A stretch of 64,000 nt of DNA, taken from positions 52,390,001 through 52,454,000 of the forward strand of contig OX597821.1 in assembly GCA_951406725.2 (NCBI GenBank), written 5' to 3'. Under the pieces are notes generated by a model. The model was not told the origin of the DNA. It searched no databases and was given only the letters and a program-made list of their open reading frames with translations. This DNA is from Octopus vulgaris. Taxonomy: Eukaryota. Position 1 is the first letter of the stretch. The number at the start of each line of letters is the position of its first letter. Shown here one piece after another: positions 40,008 through 55,801 of the stretch. A program made the translations under genes and the position numbers.

Positions 40008-42275
40008 ACTGGGAAGCGATCAATAATGATCTTGCACAAGTCGATTGGTCCTTCACGCACACATACACACCCACTAACATCAAAAAGTCCTGGCAGTCAC
40101 TTGTAGACACCATCACGAACATATGTGCAAGACACACCCCATTAAGATCTGCAAACAAATCTAAGTGTCGAATCCCTAGAAATAGAAAATCTCTCATAAG
40201 GAAAATTAAAAGAATCAACAAAAAGATCAACATGCTGAAATACTGTCAACAGCAACACACCAACCTGACTGCCATCTCGTCGCTAGAGATTAAAAAACAT
40301 AAACTCCAAAACAACATGATGTCTATCATCAATAGTCAGCGAAGAGCTGAAGAGGCCTGGGCCATTGAGAAGATCAAACTCAATCCCAAAGTGTTCTTTT
40401 CATTTGCAAAAAAACACAGAGTCACTGGTTCTACTGTTGGCCCTCTGATTGATGAAAATGGTATTCTTCAAGACAATGCCAAAACCATGGGAGAAATATT
40501 GCAGAAACAATATTGCTCTGTTTTCAGCAATCCTGATATGACTGATCTGGGCTGTATCAGTGACGTTACTCCCCAATACACTTTATCGGACATAACATTT
40601 GGCGCTCCTGATGTCTTAGCAGCAATAAAGGAAATGAAGCATAATTCAGCAGTAGGTCCCGATAGGTTCCCTGCTTGTGTCTTGAAGATGTGTCAAAACC
40701 AACTTGCACCCCCTCTAGCCAATCTGTGGCGGAACTCATTGGATGCTGGATATATACCAGAAGACCTTCTATCCCAGTCTGTTGTCCCAGTTTTCAAAAA
40801 AGGAAACAAATCGCTTGCCGTGAATTACCGTCCAATCTCACTCACCTCTCATATCATCAAGGTATTTGAGAGGGTGCTGAGATCGCGTATGACTCACTTC
40901 CTTGAGAGTCATAATATGCTGAACCCCAACCAGCATGGATTCCGTAATGGGAGAGATTGCCTGACGCAGCTACTGCATCATTTTGATGACATTTTGAGAG
41001 CCTTGGGAGAGGGTTCCAACACTGATGTCATCTACCTTGATTTCAGCAAGGCCTTTGACAGGGTTGATCATAAGATCCTTCTGAGAAAGCTGTCCAATAT
41101 TGGTGTCACTGGAAAGCTGCTGCAATGGATCAAGTGCTTCCTCTCTAACAGAACCCAACATGTTGTAGTCGAAGGAGTCAAATCCAGCCCAGCCAAAGTC
41201 AGCAGTGGTGTCCCACAAGGCACTGTGTTGGGCCCACTTCTCTTCATCATCTACATAAATGATATTACTGACACCATCAAACACAGCAACATCAGAACCT
41301 TCGCTGATGATTCCAAGCTCCAGAAGGTCATCAATGGCGTGGATGACCGAATAAACCTTCAGTCAGACCTACTGGCTGTTGTCCAATGGGCGGAAAAGAA
41401 TAACATGTTGCTAAATGAAGACAAATTCGAACAGATCCACTTTGGAAGAGAGGACGCTCTGAAACTCCCATACTCTCTTCCTTCTGGAGAAATTCTCATG
41501 GCATCCAACAACATCAGAGACCTGGGAGTAACAGTGGACAACAACATAAGCTGGGCTACACATATAAGCAGCAAAGTTGACATGGCCCGCAGAATGTGTT
41601 CCTGGATTCTCAGAACCTTCCAGTCGAGAGATTCCCACGCTATTATCCTTCTCTTCTCCACTTTTGCCCGACCCCACCTTGAATACTGCTGTCCACTGTG
41701 GTCTCCCTACACAAAACAAAATATTATGAGAATTGAAGCTCCCCAAAGGTCAATCACAAAAAAGATAGATGGCATGTCAGACCTTGACTACTGGGGTAGA
41801 CTAGAGAAGCTGAAATTGTATTCACTCCAACGACGCCGTGAACGCTACATTATCTGTATGATGTGGAAAATATTCCATCAGCACTGTCCGAATGATGTTG
41901 GCATCACCTTCAAAATGCATCCAAGGCTTGGACCACGTGCCATCCGTCCACAACAAAAATCTAAATCGCATCACATAACGACAATACGGCACAACTATTT
42001 CACCTCAATTGGACCCGCTCTCTTCAACATTACACCAGGACACGTCAAAAAAGAAACTGACCACACAAAATTCAAGAAGTCTTTGGACAAATTCCTTCAA
42101 ACAGTACCGGACAAACCATCCACACCCGGATATGTCTCCGCAAACAATAACTCTCTGCTCGAATGGGCCTTGGTGCCCAAATCCTGAACTGAAAGACTTC
42201 GCCAGGTGGTGCTATTAAGTTAGACATGGCCTGGGCCAATACTGGCCAAAAACCTTTCTAAGTTATTCTAAGTTA
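40008..42275 (+). mobile_element. Young 5'-truncated CR1-type LINE with uninterrupted RT-containing ORF2 fragment (stop at 42187)
   Basis: About 725 codons without a stop: NYRPISLTS, QHGFR, YLDFSKAFD, SGVPQGTVLGPLLF, FADD, LEYCCPLWSP, LYSLQRRRER. No endonuclease domain and no true start codon. Tail (TTCTAAGTTA)2. Embedded in (TA)n. Confidence 0.92.
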
Positions 42276-42300
42276 TATATATATATATATATATGTGTGA

Positions 42301-42372
<72 letters not shown>

Positions 42373-45300
42373 TGCGCGTGCATATTGAATGATTCTAAAA
42401 GTCCAAATCACACTTACGCCCCTAAACACTGGTAACAACGCCATTTGTGTTAGTATACCTAAATATTACATAAACTATCTAAAGCTGCGACTCTTAATGT
42501 CTATCTCTTGACATTTGCTGCGTGAAACTCTAATTCAATGCGCGCATCATAACTTTAGATGAAGGTGATTTTCGCTGTCACATTCACTTTTACCTTGTAT
42601 TATAACAATACTTTCCTCGCAATCTAAGTGTTTGTACAATTAGAACTGTTTGAAGCTGGGCCCATTTGACGAAATGTTATAATAAATTTTATTATAAGTG
42701 ACAAAATGGATGTCTGCCATTTCATTATAAACAATGGAGCAAATTCAAGTTCTGAGATGTCATATTTATCATCGCTGATTCAGACCCGTAATGATTTTTG
42801 TTGAAGCAAGTTTGAATTGAAAAGTAAATCAAATACTGATTGTTACACATTACGCGTCAGAGGAATATAGGATGTGCCTTCCATGGTTAAATATAAAATC
42901 GCTGTCAGTGCCCTTGTTATTATGAACGGAATGTTCTTGACTTTAGTTAGTTAAGTTACATTGTATACTGCATAAGTCAGATAATGCTGGGTGGTTTTCC
43001 TCTATTCTGCATGTCTTATTTGCTCAAAATTATTGACAGTTTTCTTATACACATTGTGTTGTCTACTGTAAAGCACATGATTTGTCACGACGCGAAGTGC
43101 TAATATATTTCACTTTATAATCTAAAACTAGGAGACTGTCTAGGTAATATTGATTTATATCTAAAGTTTCTTTATTCAATAAAATCTAAAGTGAGCTTCT
43201 AAACTTTTCAGCCGTGTTTTACAAATCAGATAAAATCTATTATTAACCAACGCACATTTATGAATGCCATTACTAATTTGCTGAACTTTGTACCTACACT
43301 CTGAATTACATTGAAGTTTATTCAACGCAATGGTGAGAAACGTATTTTAAAATTTACATACTGCATCAATAACTTAGCTACAATTTATAGTTTTAACTAT
43401 TTCCCAAACAGTAATTTATTTAAATATTAAATAATAATTTGGTTATAATTGGGATACGCAATTTTATTCTCATATTATCATATCCCCAGAGAAAAATGTG
43501 TAGAATAACTACTACCACAAGTAATTATTAATATTTAATCAAGCCTCCCAAAAGTCAAAGTATATTAATTTAAAACACTGTTATATATCAGTGGTTTTGA
43601 CGCAAATTGATGTCATTCTTGTAAGATCGCTGATCTATCTCCACCTCACATATACGAATATGTTAATAAGTTACATGAATGCAAAAAGAAAAAAATGGGT
43701 GATTATCTATGATTGTGAATTTCTATTATATGCAGACATATTGCAATGTTCACATCATATGTATCATTTTCAATAGCCTTAATTCACTAATGGTTTAAAC
43801 ATTCCGCAGTGGATCCACTTTCAATACTTTTAGTGTTGTATTTGGATAAGTAATGTATCATCTTACTAAAAACTTGATATATATGTTAGACTATGTGTAT
43901 TTGTATGTTCTTGCGTGTACATACACAACACACGCGCATGCACACAATACACAATACACACACAAATACATATTGTGTAAAAGAAAGAACTAAAAAAAAA
44001 TCAATCAAGAACTACATGTTAAGTAATGTACATACATATATACACACACACACATATATATATGTACACACTCACACATGATACTTTGTAATACTTTTGC
44101 TATGTATTATGTATATTTCTTCAATATATTTGCCATGATTGATTTTTCTGTTCATTACATTTGTATCATAGTTTTATACATTTTTTGTAAATATCATTGG
44201 TGTAGCCGTTTTTCGAATGACAAATACACAGACGCAGAGCAGACGAGCAGAAGGTGGACGAAAGAGAGACAGAGGCAGAGAGTGAGACAGTAAGAGAGAG
44301 AATAAAAGAGAGAAAAACAGAGAGGCAGTAGGAGAGAGAGAGAGAGAGGGGGAGAGATAGGGAGGAACCAAAAGCATTACCAGAATTTTAGCGAGCAGCA
44401 CGATAACTAAGTTTATACAATAACAACTTGTGAGTAGCTGGCGTTCATTGGTGCTCGTCCCCTTTAGCTTGGCGGCAAATATTTTGCATGATATCTGATA
44501 ATTATTACGTGCCATTGTGTATCAACGTGTAATAATGGATTGTAATTTTTGTTGACAAATTGAAGTGACCTTTTTGTTGGCAAATTAAAGTGACCTTGAA
44601 ATTAATTCCTTAAGCTTCAAGTAAGCATTCCTTTAGTAAAATGCCGGCTTTTTGAGTGGGACGCGTGTTTCACGTGTCAGCTGGAGATAATGATCGGGTG
44701 TCAGCTGTAGATAGTCGAGTGTCAGATGGAGATATTGATCATTCAGAGCCATAAATCACAAGCAAAACTCGTAAAAATATTTCATGGAAACCGTTGCCGA
44801 ACACTCATTCAGATTTCTCTCCAGAAGAGAGTCATCCAAAACCTTACTCAGCATCGATTTATTGTGAAGTTAATCATGCCTAACGTCATAGCCTGTGATG
44901 TTAATATGTTTTCTCTCTCCCGATGAATTGGAAGGCGAAAGTGTACTACTTTTCGAGGGTAAATGAAAGTTAAAAGGAACCACAATTAATTGGATGGTCT
45001 TCAGGAACAGAAATTTAGTGTTTTTTGATCTGTACAATAAAGGATTGGATGGCTGTGCACGTTATCAAAATGACAATTTCGAAAGGTGTGTCGCCTGAAT
45101 ATAAATAATACACAAAATGTTTTAGTTCCTGGGCTCTGATTGTGCGCATCTTTTATATCTGATCAGAGCACTTTTGGGTAAAAACTCCTATATTAATGTT
45201 TAGTAGGCTTCAATGTCATTCCTGACTACAAAATATCTACTCCCATATATTGGTCACTCAGAGACAATAGTAGGAACTGAGTGACCTACATGTCAGGTAA

Positions 45301-45594
45301 TTGCAAAGCAAAATTCGTAACCGTAGAACTGAGTTGTCGTACCCTAACAGAGTGGTCAAGAAGTGAATTTCATAATTATGAGGGCCCAGATATCACAATG
45401 CAGTACATTCGGTTTTTATCCTTACCTCGGGTCATCCCAAATCCTGTGCCCAAATATATATATATATCATCAAGTGGAATGTTATTGTAATTCAAAAGAT
45501 TAGCCGTTGTTTTGTAATTTGTCACGCTGCTACGTTCACAGCGTGATTGTAAGCGTAGGCATGTGCGTGTGTGTATGTGTGTGTATGTGTGTGT

Positions 45595-45656
<62 letters not shown>

Positions 45657-46880
45657 TAGTGCGTGTATGTGTGTGTATGTGTAAAACTTAGCTACTTAGA
45701 ATTTTTTTTCTCTTTAAGTAATTGAATAAAATATTCAGTTGATAGAAGAGCTGAACTCTGATTGTCGGAAGTTGCAGAGAGGCAATCAAGCAGTGACTCT
45801 ATCTATCTGTCTGTCTGACTGTCTGTTTGGCGGTCTCTTTCTTTTTGTGTGCGACTGTCTGTCTGATTAACTCTCTGTCTATTTGACTAACTGTCTATAA
45901 ATCTACCTTCATAAAAAGCAGCAAAAATGGGGTTAACTAACTGTGCTTATGGTTCAGTTTACAATTGTTTTGTTAGCATCAGTAAATATGTCCGGCATCA
46001 TGCCACTTCGGTGCTAACAGTTACTGATCTATCTCTTGTACGGTGGAAATCTTCTGTAACAGTCCATGCAAGTCTGACTCGTCCGAACATTACAAGAAGT
46101 AACGAACCGATATGTACTCTACAGATGTCTTTGCGGATATTCGAATTTCTATCGCAGTGTCTTGGTAAACATACCTTTTAATATATGCATACATTCATAT
46201 ATGTGAACAAATAAATAGATGTTCGTTCATTAGTTGTTTTATTTCAAGCAGCAAATTGCCTCATTATGAATTGATATTAAATTCCTTTGAGAAATGCTCA
46301 AAACTAATAGTACCACAATTTTTAATCTTTCCATTTTACCAAAGTGTTATTGGAAAACCAACACAAATTAGATTAAACAAGGAAATATTCTTCATTGAAA
46401 AATATAAACGAAAACTTAACCATCCTAACATTCTTATACAAGGAAACTAATCTCATTGAAAAAAAGAAGAAAATATAAAGCGATTATCTCCCTTATATCG
46501 GAAGAAATTCCTGATTACCTTCCCTACCTGAACTCTTTAAATTCATATCGAAGGCATGACACGATGTAGGTAAAGAGATTTGAGAAATTTGAAAAGTTAA
46601 CACGAAACTGGTTATTTCTCCAAAAACTATGTTACTATACACCAAATTTTATAACATTTTTCTAACATAATGACTTAAATATATTCTTTAATCTTATAAT
46701 ACAAACTTTTTGTAGTTTTGTCACCCTTTTCTATTTTCTATACATCCAACCACGTGCTTTCACACATCAACTCTCCCACCTATATATATATATGTAGGTG
46801 AGAGAGTTGGGGTGTGAAAGCAAACATCTGTTTGTTTTGTACACCACCTGCCTTCGTCCTTTGTTTTTTCGTAAACTCCC

Positions 46881-46895
46881 CTATATATATATACA

Positions 46896-46962
<67 letters not shown>

Positions 46963-46977
46963 ATATATATATATACA

Positions 46978-47056
<79 letters not shown>

Positions 47057-47108
47057 GCATATATATATATACATGTATATATATATATACATGCATATAT
47101 ATATATAT

Positions 47109-47157
<49 letters not shown>

Positions 47158-47220
47158 TATATATATATGCATATATATATACATGCATATATATATTCAA
47201 GTATATATATATATACATGC

Positions 47221-47253
<33 letters not shown>

Positions 47254-47334
47254 TATACATGTACATGTATATATATATATATACATGCATATATATATAC
47301 ATGTATATATATATATACATGTATATATATATAT

Positions 47335-47388
<54 letters not shown>

Positions 47389-47400
47389 ACATATATATAC
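46881..47400. repeat. Compound (TA)n/TACATG/(CA)n microsatellite
   Basis: Direct reading. The counterpart at 60200-60860 has a different composition. Confidence 0.9.
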
Positions 47401-47755
47401 ATACATATATGCACACGTACATACATATGCATACAAATATACACACGCACATACATAATGTTTGTCATCGACGTTTGTTTACTCTGTACGTTCACTCCGT
47501 CGTTGTTTGTTCGTTCGAAGCCCTAACTTCCAACAAAGTCTATATATTTAAGATATCTGGATGCCGCTGTCTTATGGTGTTTTCCTATCGTGTCGCTGAA
47601 GTAATAGGAAGTAATAAACAGTCGACAACTGAGAAGGAGATAGACTTCTTATGGTATTTTGTCCCGTACTTGTTTCTTGTTATGTGTTTACGTATTTTTC
47701 ACTTTTGGGGGATGTCCTGTACTGTATGTGTTATGCATACATACATACCTAAATA

Positions 47756-47829
<74 letters not shown>

Positions 47830-48061
47830 AGTGTTGAAGTCCTTATAATCAAAGCGAATTAAATCATTTCAATAGAGAACTCTATAATTGAAACTAAGTT
47901 GGCAACTGGTTTCTAACTGAAGCTAAAACTATTAAATTTTTACATGCCTTTACAAAGAGATACGTCCTCAGTGATGTAGTTCGTTTGTAACATTGGCGAC
48001 AAGATTATGCACGTATAATATGAGTAAGTAGTTATCTACTGCCTTGTGCTTATGTGTTTCA

Positions 48062-48118
<57 letters not shown>

Positions 48119-48216
48119 AGAAGAAATGAGGTAATCAGAAGATCGGATGGTTCATATTTACAGATATTTATTTATATATTACATTTTTTACATATATATA
48201 TCATATCATTCAGATC

Positions 48217-48260
<44 letters not shown>

Positions 48261-48270
48261 GTATGCATGG

Positions 48271-48325
<55 letters not shown>

Positions 48326-48392
48326 GTATGTATGTATGTATGATTGTGTGTGTATGTAGGAATGCGAGTTTGAAGCACATCAGTAGGAGACA

Positions 48393-48492
48393 NNNNNNNN
48401 NNNNNNNNNNNNNNNNNNNNNNNNNNNNNNNNNNNNNNNNNNNNNNNNNNNNNNNNNNNNNNNNNNNNNNNNNNNNNNNNNNNNNNNNNNNN
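48393..48492. other. Assembly gap (100 N, unknown size)
   Basis: Run of exactly 100 n. Confidence 1.
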
Positions 48493-49672
48493 TGGTCACT
48501 GAGTTGCATGAGCGCCGTAGTATCTCTTCAACCATTTGACCCAATGAAGACAGAAGAACATTCTTCAGATCTGAAATATTTGAATACGATCGAGCAGAAG
48601 CATTACCCCCAAGATGGACTAAATAACAAAGCACATGGGAATGATGTCTGGTCTTGAGAGAGGTCGTACCGTTTTGTCTCCAAAACCGCCGAAATGCATT
48701 TTTCATCACGTCTGTGTTAAATTGGATGTGTGGGCCGGAGTCTCGTCTTGTGCGAAGAGGTAACGATCACCAAAGGTTTCTATGACTAGGGCAACACTTT
48801 CTCATTCAACATTTCCACATAAATTTCACCGTTGACCTTGACACCTGCATCAATAAAGATCAAGAAAGACTTGGACATATCAAATGCAACTGCGGCCCAC
48901 GTCACGACTGAAGCTGGCTTCTGGCGGCGTAAATGACTCCTGCTATCTACGATCAAGTCTCCTGTATTACGTGCATAAAGCCTGTCATTGTGCCTTGTTG
49001 GTAACTGCATCCTCGGTTAAGTCGAAATTAAACGTACGGAATAAGATCGAAGTTATCAACATCTGGGCGCTTTCACTCCTTTGATATGGAGCAAGGGTAA
49101 TCGCATGACAGTAGACGAACTAAACAGCTTAGACAGAACACAAGGAAGTTGTCATATGGGCCGCATATCTTTCGTATCTTTGCGGAGAGACCTTTCCACA
49201 TAGGGTAGACAGACTGTGGACCGTTTATTGGCTTCATCCTCTCTTTGCTTCATAATTGGAGTGGATAGTATGTTTTTAGGCTAGTTGTTCCTTAATAAAT
49301 TTTTATTGAGCTTGAACATTATATTCTTACTTATAATCTTATATTCTTTGCACGATATTTCAGGCATTGAGCAATCCCTCTTTCTACACTGTATGGATGG
49401 TGGGAATTGAAGTTGAGGTATCCTCCATTGAAGGTCAGCTTCCGGTATACGGATGTCCTGAATACATACTTGGTGTGTGTTATTAATACAAACAAGATGA
49501 GGACAAATATCCGTCAAAGGTAAATAATGTAAAAACGTACACCAATACCTGTTGTGAAGCTGTGGTGGAAGAACAAGTACGGGCTTAAAGACACACAAAT
49601 ACACAGCAAGCGCGCACACTCACACACACAGAAAGAAATGCACACACACATACACAAACATACACATACATG

Positions 49673-49707
<35 letters not shown>

Positions 49708-50595
49708 CTTCGCTATTATGTTAAACTATATATATATATATATATATATATGTGTATATATATATTTGCTATTATGTTAAACTTTCGTATGTCCAAATGC
49801 GTTTCTGTTTTTCAATATTTTATTTTGCTTGCAAAACCTGTTTATTGTTCAAGCTATCGTATATCCAGCTGCTTCAGATACCAAGATATGGGAATTGAAA
49901 AAAGTGTAGAACAACAGTTTAGCATTTTTCAAAAGTGTAGTAAGTCTCACATACCGCAGTTTTCCAAAAATATTTCTGATTGAAAATATCATACATTCAT
50001 AGACTTACGACTTTATGCACCCAATAAAGTAATATTGTTAAGCTGAATCTGAGGGTAATGTAAAAAGAAATGGAATGATGAAAATATTTTTATATATATA
50101 TACACATAAGGCGGATTTCTTTCAGATACCGTCTACACAATCCACTCATAAGGCTTTGGTTGGCCCGAGGCTATAGTAGAAGACGCCCAATGTGCAACGC
50201 AGTGGGACTGAACTCGGAACCATGCAGTTGGAGAAACTAGCTTCGTACCTCACGGTCACGCCTATATAACACAAACTGTAAAGGAACGTGCAACTTGTGA
50301 GTGAATCATTTGTAATTGTAGCGTGTATACAAGAGCGAAATTTTAATGATCATGCCTATAAGGCGGTGAGTTGGGTAAGAATAGAGAAGCATAAACCAAG
50401 AGATAAAAATGTTTGAGCGACAGATTAAGGACAACGAGTAACAGACACCAGAGTTAGTAAAACTTGAACTGGATAAAGCTCCTTTGGTGGTGACGTAAAG
50501 ATTGAGATGTTTTGCAGGTATACTGAATGTTTTAGTTATGCATGATAGGTACGCGTTGCCATTGTTGTAATGCATGCAGCAAAATCACTATAAAA

Positions 50596-50684
<89 letters not shown>

Positions 50685-52294
50685 CTAACACTAGCTTTAA
50701 AAATTATTTGACTAAATCTAACGAAATGACTCACATTAGAACTTTGCATTGAAATTAAGAAAGCTTTAACTACAAAACGCTCACAACAAAAACATATAAA
50801 CAAGAACACTCAAACAGCGCAAACCTCCGCCAAGGTAACACCAACGGCCTCTCAATCATTAGCCAGAGATAATTTTCAAAAATGACAATATTTGAAATAA
50901 ACTCGACGGCCCTAACAAGGAGAATACTAGCAATGAGCCCGACCACACTCAAAAATTAAGTAGAAACAGAGGAAAAATAATCCGGAATCGTTGCCCGGTA
51001 TCAAATCGATCCCAATATCTAATCAGTTTGTGCCAGTCACGAGGCCAAACATTCCTGAAAGTTTCATCGAATAGATCCAGCTGCTCTTGAGATATCTTGT
51101 CCACGGACAAACAAACAAACACCCAATAAAAAACAGTACCTCCGCCTTCGCTGAAGACGCAGAAGTAATAAAGAAATGCATCAAATATAGACATCCTCTC
51201 GTCCGCAACCTATCGGAAACATTTCTGGCTTTGCCATGTAGTCTGTATCAGTTAATCTGGCGGTGTAATAGCGTCAAAGATATAAATACTACTAGGAAAT
51301 AACAGACATTAGGGAACGGTGGAATATTAGTTTAATATGTTGAGTTGACACCTGCTTAAGGTTACAAAGTACAAAAATGAACGAACAAAGCGTTACCAAA
51401 CATACTTCACAAACCGTCATAAAGCTTCGGCTATTAGACACACAACTTAAATAAACGAAAGGGAATAAACTTAAACGGATATTGCAGCATAAACAACTCT
51501 GAGACTTGATCTATAAAACATAAAAACAAATTAGATGTACTAAGCTGATAATACTAAGTATAAAGCCTAATAAAATTTGCCAAACACATAACAAAATTAA
51601 ATACAGAAAACTATAACCAAAACTTTCATTCAAAAACAAACAAAACCAAACAGAAACAAAAATGATATTAAGCGAATGCGCTCTCAGAGAACTGTAGCTA
51701 TTAAACATGTAAATTAAATTACCAAAACGGTCATTTTCACTTAAAGAATTATAAAATGTATATAAAGGCACCTAAATATTCCGAAACAGTTTATCACGCA
51801 AGTAACAACAAATTTCCACGTGCTACCACGCGTTTGAAATGAGACTAAGTTGCGCCTGACAGCATGTTTAAACAAGTTTGTTGAATAAGCAGTTAGTGAA
51901 AATGGATTTCATTCTAGATTCGACTCAACATTGAGTATTGAATTGCTTCATCAATAATTTCTCAAAGCATCCTTAAAAAACAAAAACTAAATTTGCACTC
52001 ACACTTGCACATAGAAATATACACATACACACATACATATATATACACATATATATATGTATGTGTGTGAGGCTGTGTGTATGTGTGTATAGTATGAAAG
52101 TGTGTGTAGTATGTATGTGTGTATTTATATATGTATGTGTATATATATTTGGGTAACCGATATGCACAGTAAGGAATCTTTTTTCATCAAGATATGTAGA
52201 CGAAAAATATTTCAAAAATAGTTGATATTCCCACCGGCGTACAAATGAGAATTCTAATTTTCCACTAAGGGTTACTAAGTATATGCGATTGAGC

Positions 52295-52339
<45 letters not shown>

Positions 52340-52379
52340 CGATAGAGAAAGAAAGAGAGAGACGAAGAGTGAGAGACGA

Positions 52380-52423
<44 letters not shown>

Positions 52424-53689
52424 TTAAAGGAAGAGGAATTGTTGAAAGATAGCTGAAATTCAGTGAAAAAGGTATTTTATAAGTATGAAATTATCTTAGG
52501 AAAGAAGTGTTTTATATTTTTCTTCCTAACATATTTACTATGCAAGTAAAGAAAATGTTTTCCAAAGAGTTTGGAGGTCGTAGGTGGCCGAGCGAGTAGA
52601 ACATACGTTTCGGTTATTTTTATTGACTTCAAATCATATCAAAGCTAAAAGTGGCTTTCATTCATCCTGGAGCAATAAATAAAGCACATGCGCAGCAGTG
52701 TCTTTCAAGTCACATGTTTTCAGGTTCGGCACCACTGCGAGGCTCCTTGTGAGAAAACTGAAAGAAGTACATCGTATCTATGTAATATGTGTATTTCTTT
52801 GAGCTTGACTTCCACCACTGCTCGGTAACCGAGTTCGTTTTTCTGTTCCGTTGAAGTTTTCAAATTTGTGTCCTTACGTGATTGCAGTCCAGTGACTGAA
52901 ACAAATAAAAGGTACATAATAATGGTACCAGTGATGAACTCGGGCTTGATTCATCTCTTTCCCTCGGAATCCATAGTGCATTCGTTTGTTTCCCCAGAAT
53001 TCGAATAAACTTAATTGGTTAGCGAGCAATCTTCCCTCATAGAAAGACTGTGACAGTAGTAGAACAATCCAAGAAAGGACCGCTGTGTATAATAACATAG
53101 AATATTAATAGAGAGAGAATAAATAGAAATCCAATTCTCCACATAGTGATGTATGTGCTACAATGCTCACGAAAATTTGGAACAAAGGACATGGCGTGGA
53201 AGTTAATGGATAAACATTAATTATAAGCATTAGAAATACGATAAGGATATTTAACAGTGCATGAAATGTACGCTTCAACAGTTTAATTTGATTTACTCTG
53301 TGAGTATATGTGTACATGCAATATACCTATTGGTTAGATATATATTATTGCATTTACATTCATCTTTATGTATAACATATGTATTCAGTAGTTTGAAATT
53401 TGAATTATGTTCACTTTGCACACTGTCTGGTACTTCATGATAACAACTGTGTATGTGGGTGTGTATAAATGCACACATACTCACATAAATATTTAAACAG
53501 ACACGCACATATATAAACACACATATACACATAATTATTTAAACAAACACACATATAAACACACATATGTATATATATATATATATATATTAATATATTC
53601 AATATGTTTATATATACATATATTTATATATATGTCTCAATATATTCAATATGTATATATGTATATATATATGTGTGTATATATATATT

Positions 53690-53738
<49 letters not shown>

Positions 53739-55727
53739 AGTGTATATATATATATATATATATAACTGGGAAGCGATCAATAATGATCTTGCACAAGTCG
53801 ATTGGTCCTTCACGCACACATACACACCCACTAACATCAAAAAGTCCTGGCAGTCACTTGTAGACACCATCACGAACATATGTGCAAGACACACCCCATT
53901 AAGATCTGCAAACAAATCTAAGTGTCGAATCCCTAGAAATAGAAAATCTCTCATAAGGAAAATTAAAAGAATCAACAAAAAGATCAACATGCTGAAATAC
54001 TGTCAACAGCAACACACCAACCTGACTGCCATCTCGTCGCTAGAGATTAAAAAACATAAACTCCAAAACAACATGATGTCTATCATCAATAGTCAGCGAA
54101 GAGCTGAAGAGGCCTGGGCCATTGAGAAGATCAAACTCAATCCCAAAGTGTTCTTTTCATTTGCAAAAAAACACAGAGTCACTGGTTCTACTGTTGGCCC
54201 TCTGATTGATGAAAATGGTATTCTTCAAGACAATGCCAAAACCATGGGAGAAATATTGCAGAAACAATATTGCTCTGTTTTCAGCAATCCTGATATGACT
54301 GATCTGGGCTGTATCAGTGACGTTACTCCCCAATACACTTTATCGGACATAACATTTGGCGCTCCTGATGTCTTAGCAGCAATAAAGGAAATGAAGCATA
54401 ATTCAGCAGTAGGTCCCGATAGGTTCCCTGCTTGTGTCTTGAAGATGTGTCAAAACCAACTTGCACCCCCTCTAGCCAATCTGTGGCGGAACTCATTGGA
54501 TGCTGGATATATACCAGAAGACCTTCTATCCCAGTCTGTTGTCCCAGTTTTCAAAAAAGGAAACAAATCGCTTGCCGTGAATTACCGTCCAATCTCACTC
54601 ACCTCTCATATCATCAAGGTATTTGAGAGGGTGCTGAGATCGCGTATGACTCACTTCCTTGAGAGTCATAATATGCTGAACCCCAACCAGCATGGATTCC
54701 GTAATGGGAGAGATTGCCTGACGCAGCTACTGCATCATTTTGATGACATTTTGAGAGCCTTGGGAGAGGGTTCCAACACTGATGTCATCTACCTTGATTT
54801 CAGCAAGGCCTTTGACAGGGTTGATCATAAGATCCTTCTGAGAAAGCTGTCCAATATTGGTGTCACTGGAAAGCTGCTGCAATGGATCAAGTGCTTCCTC
54901 TCTAACAGAACCCAACATGTTGTAGTCGAAGGAGTCAAATCCAGCCCAGCCAAAGTCAGCAGTGGTGTCCCACAAGGCACTGTGTTGGGCCCACTTCTCT
55001 TCATCATCTACATAAATGATATTACTGACACCATCAAACACAGCAACATCAGAACCTTCGCTGATGATTCCAAGCTCCAGAAGGTCATCAATGGCGTGGA
55101 TGACCGAATAAACCTTCAGTCAGACCTACTGGCTGTTGTCCAATGGGCGGAAAAGAATAACATGTTGCTAAATGAAGACAAATTCGAACAGATCCACTTT
55201 GGAAGAGAGGACGCTCTGAAACTCCCATACTCTCTTCCTTCTGGAGAAATTCTCATGGCATCCAACAACATCAGAGACCTGGGAGTAACAGTGGACAACA
55301 ACATAAGCTGGGCTACACATATAAGCAGCAAAGTTGACATGGCCCGCAGAATGTGTTCCTGGATTCTCAGAACCTTCCAGTCGAGAGATTCCCACGCTAT
55401 TATCCTTCTCTTCTCCACTTTTGCCCGACCCCACCTTGAATACTGCTGTCCACTGTGGTCTCCCTACACAAAACAAAATATTATGAGAATTGAAGCTCCC
55501 CAAAGGTCAATCACAAAAAAGATAGATGGCATGTCAGACCTTGACTACTGGGGTAGACTAGAGAAGCTGAAATTGTATTCACTCCAACGACGCCGTGAAC
55601 GCTACATTATCTGTATGATGTGGAAAATATTCCATCAGCACTGTCCGAATGATGTTGGCATCACCTTCAAAATGCATCCAAGGCTTGGACCACGTGCCAT
55701 ATATATATATATATATATGTATATATA

Positions 55728-55801
<74 letters not shown>

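Larger units (their letters stand above)
34751..48392. repeat. 13.6-kb duplicated segment, copy 1
   Basis: Matches 48493-61839 in direct orientation. The ORF track repeats with an offset of about 13.7 kb. Confidence 0.95.

Noticed and set aside
44674-44740. CRISPR-like repeat/spacer pattern
   Set aside because: Only three short degenerate repeats with tiny spacers, in a eukaryotic context with no cas genes.
45419-45470. Strong minus-strand donor GAG|gtaagg as the missing guanylate cyclase exon
   Set aside because: The upstream sequence runs into (TA)n and shows no receptor-like peptide.
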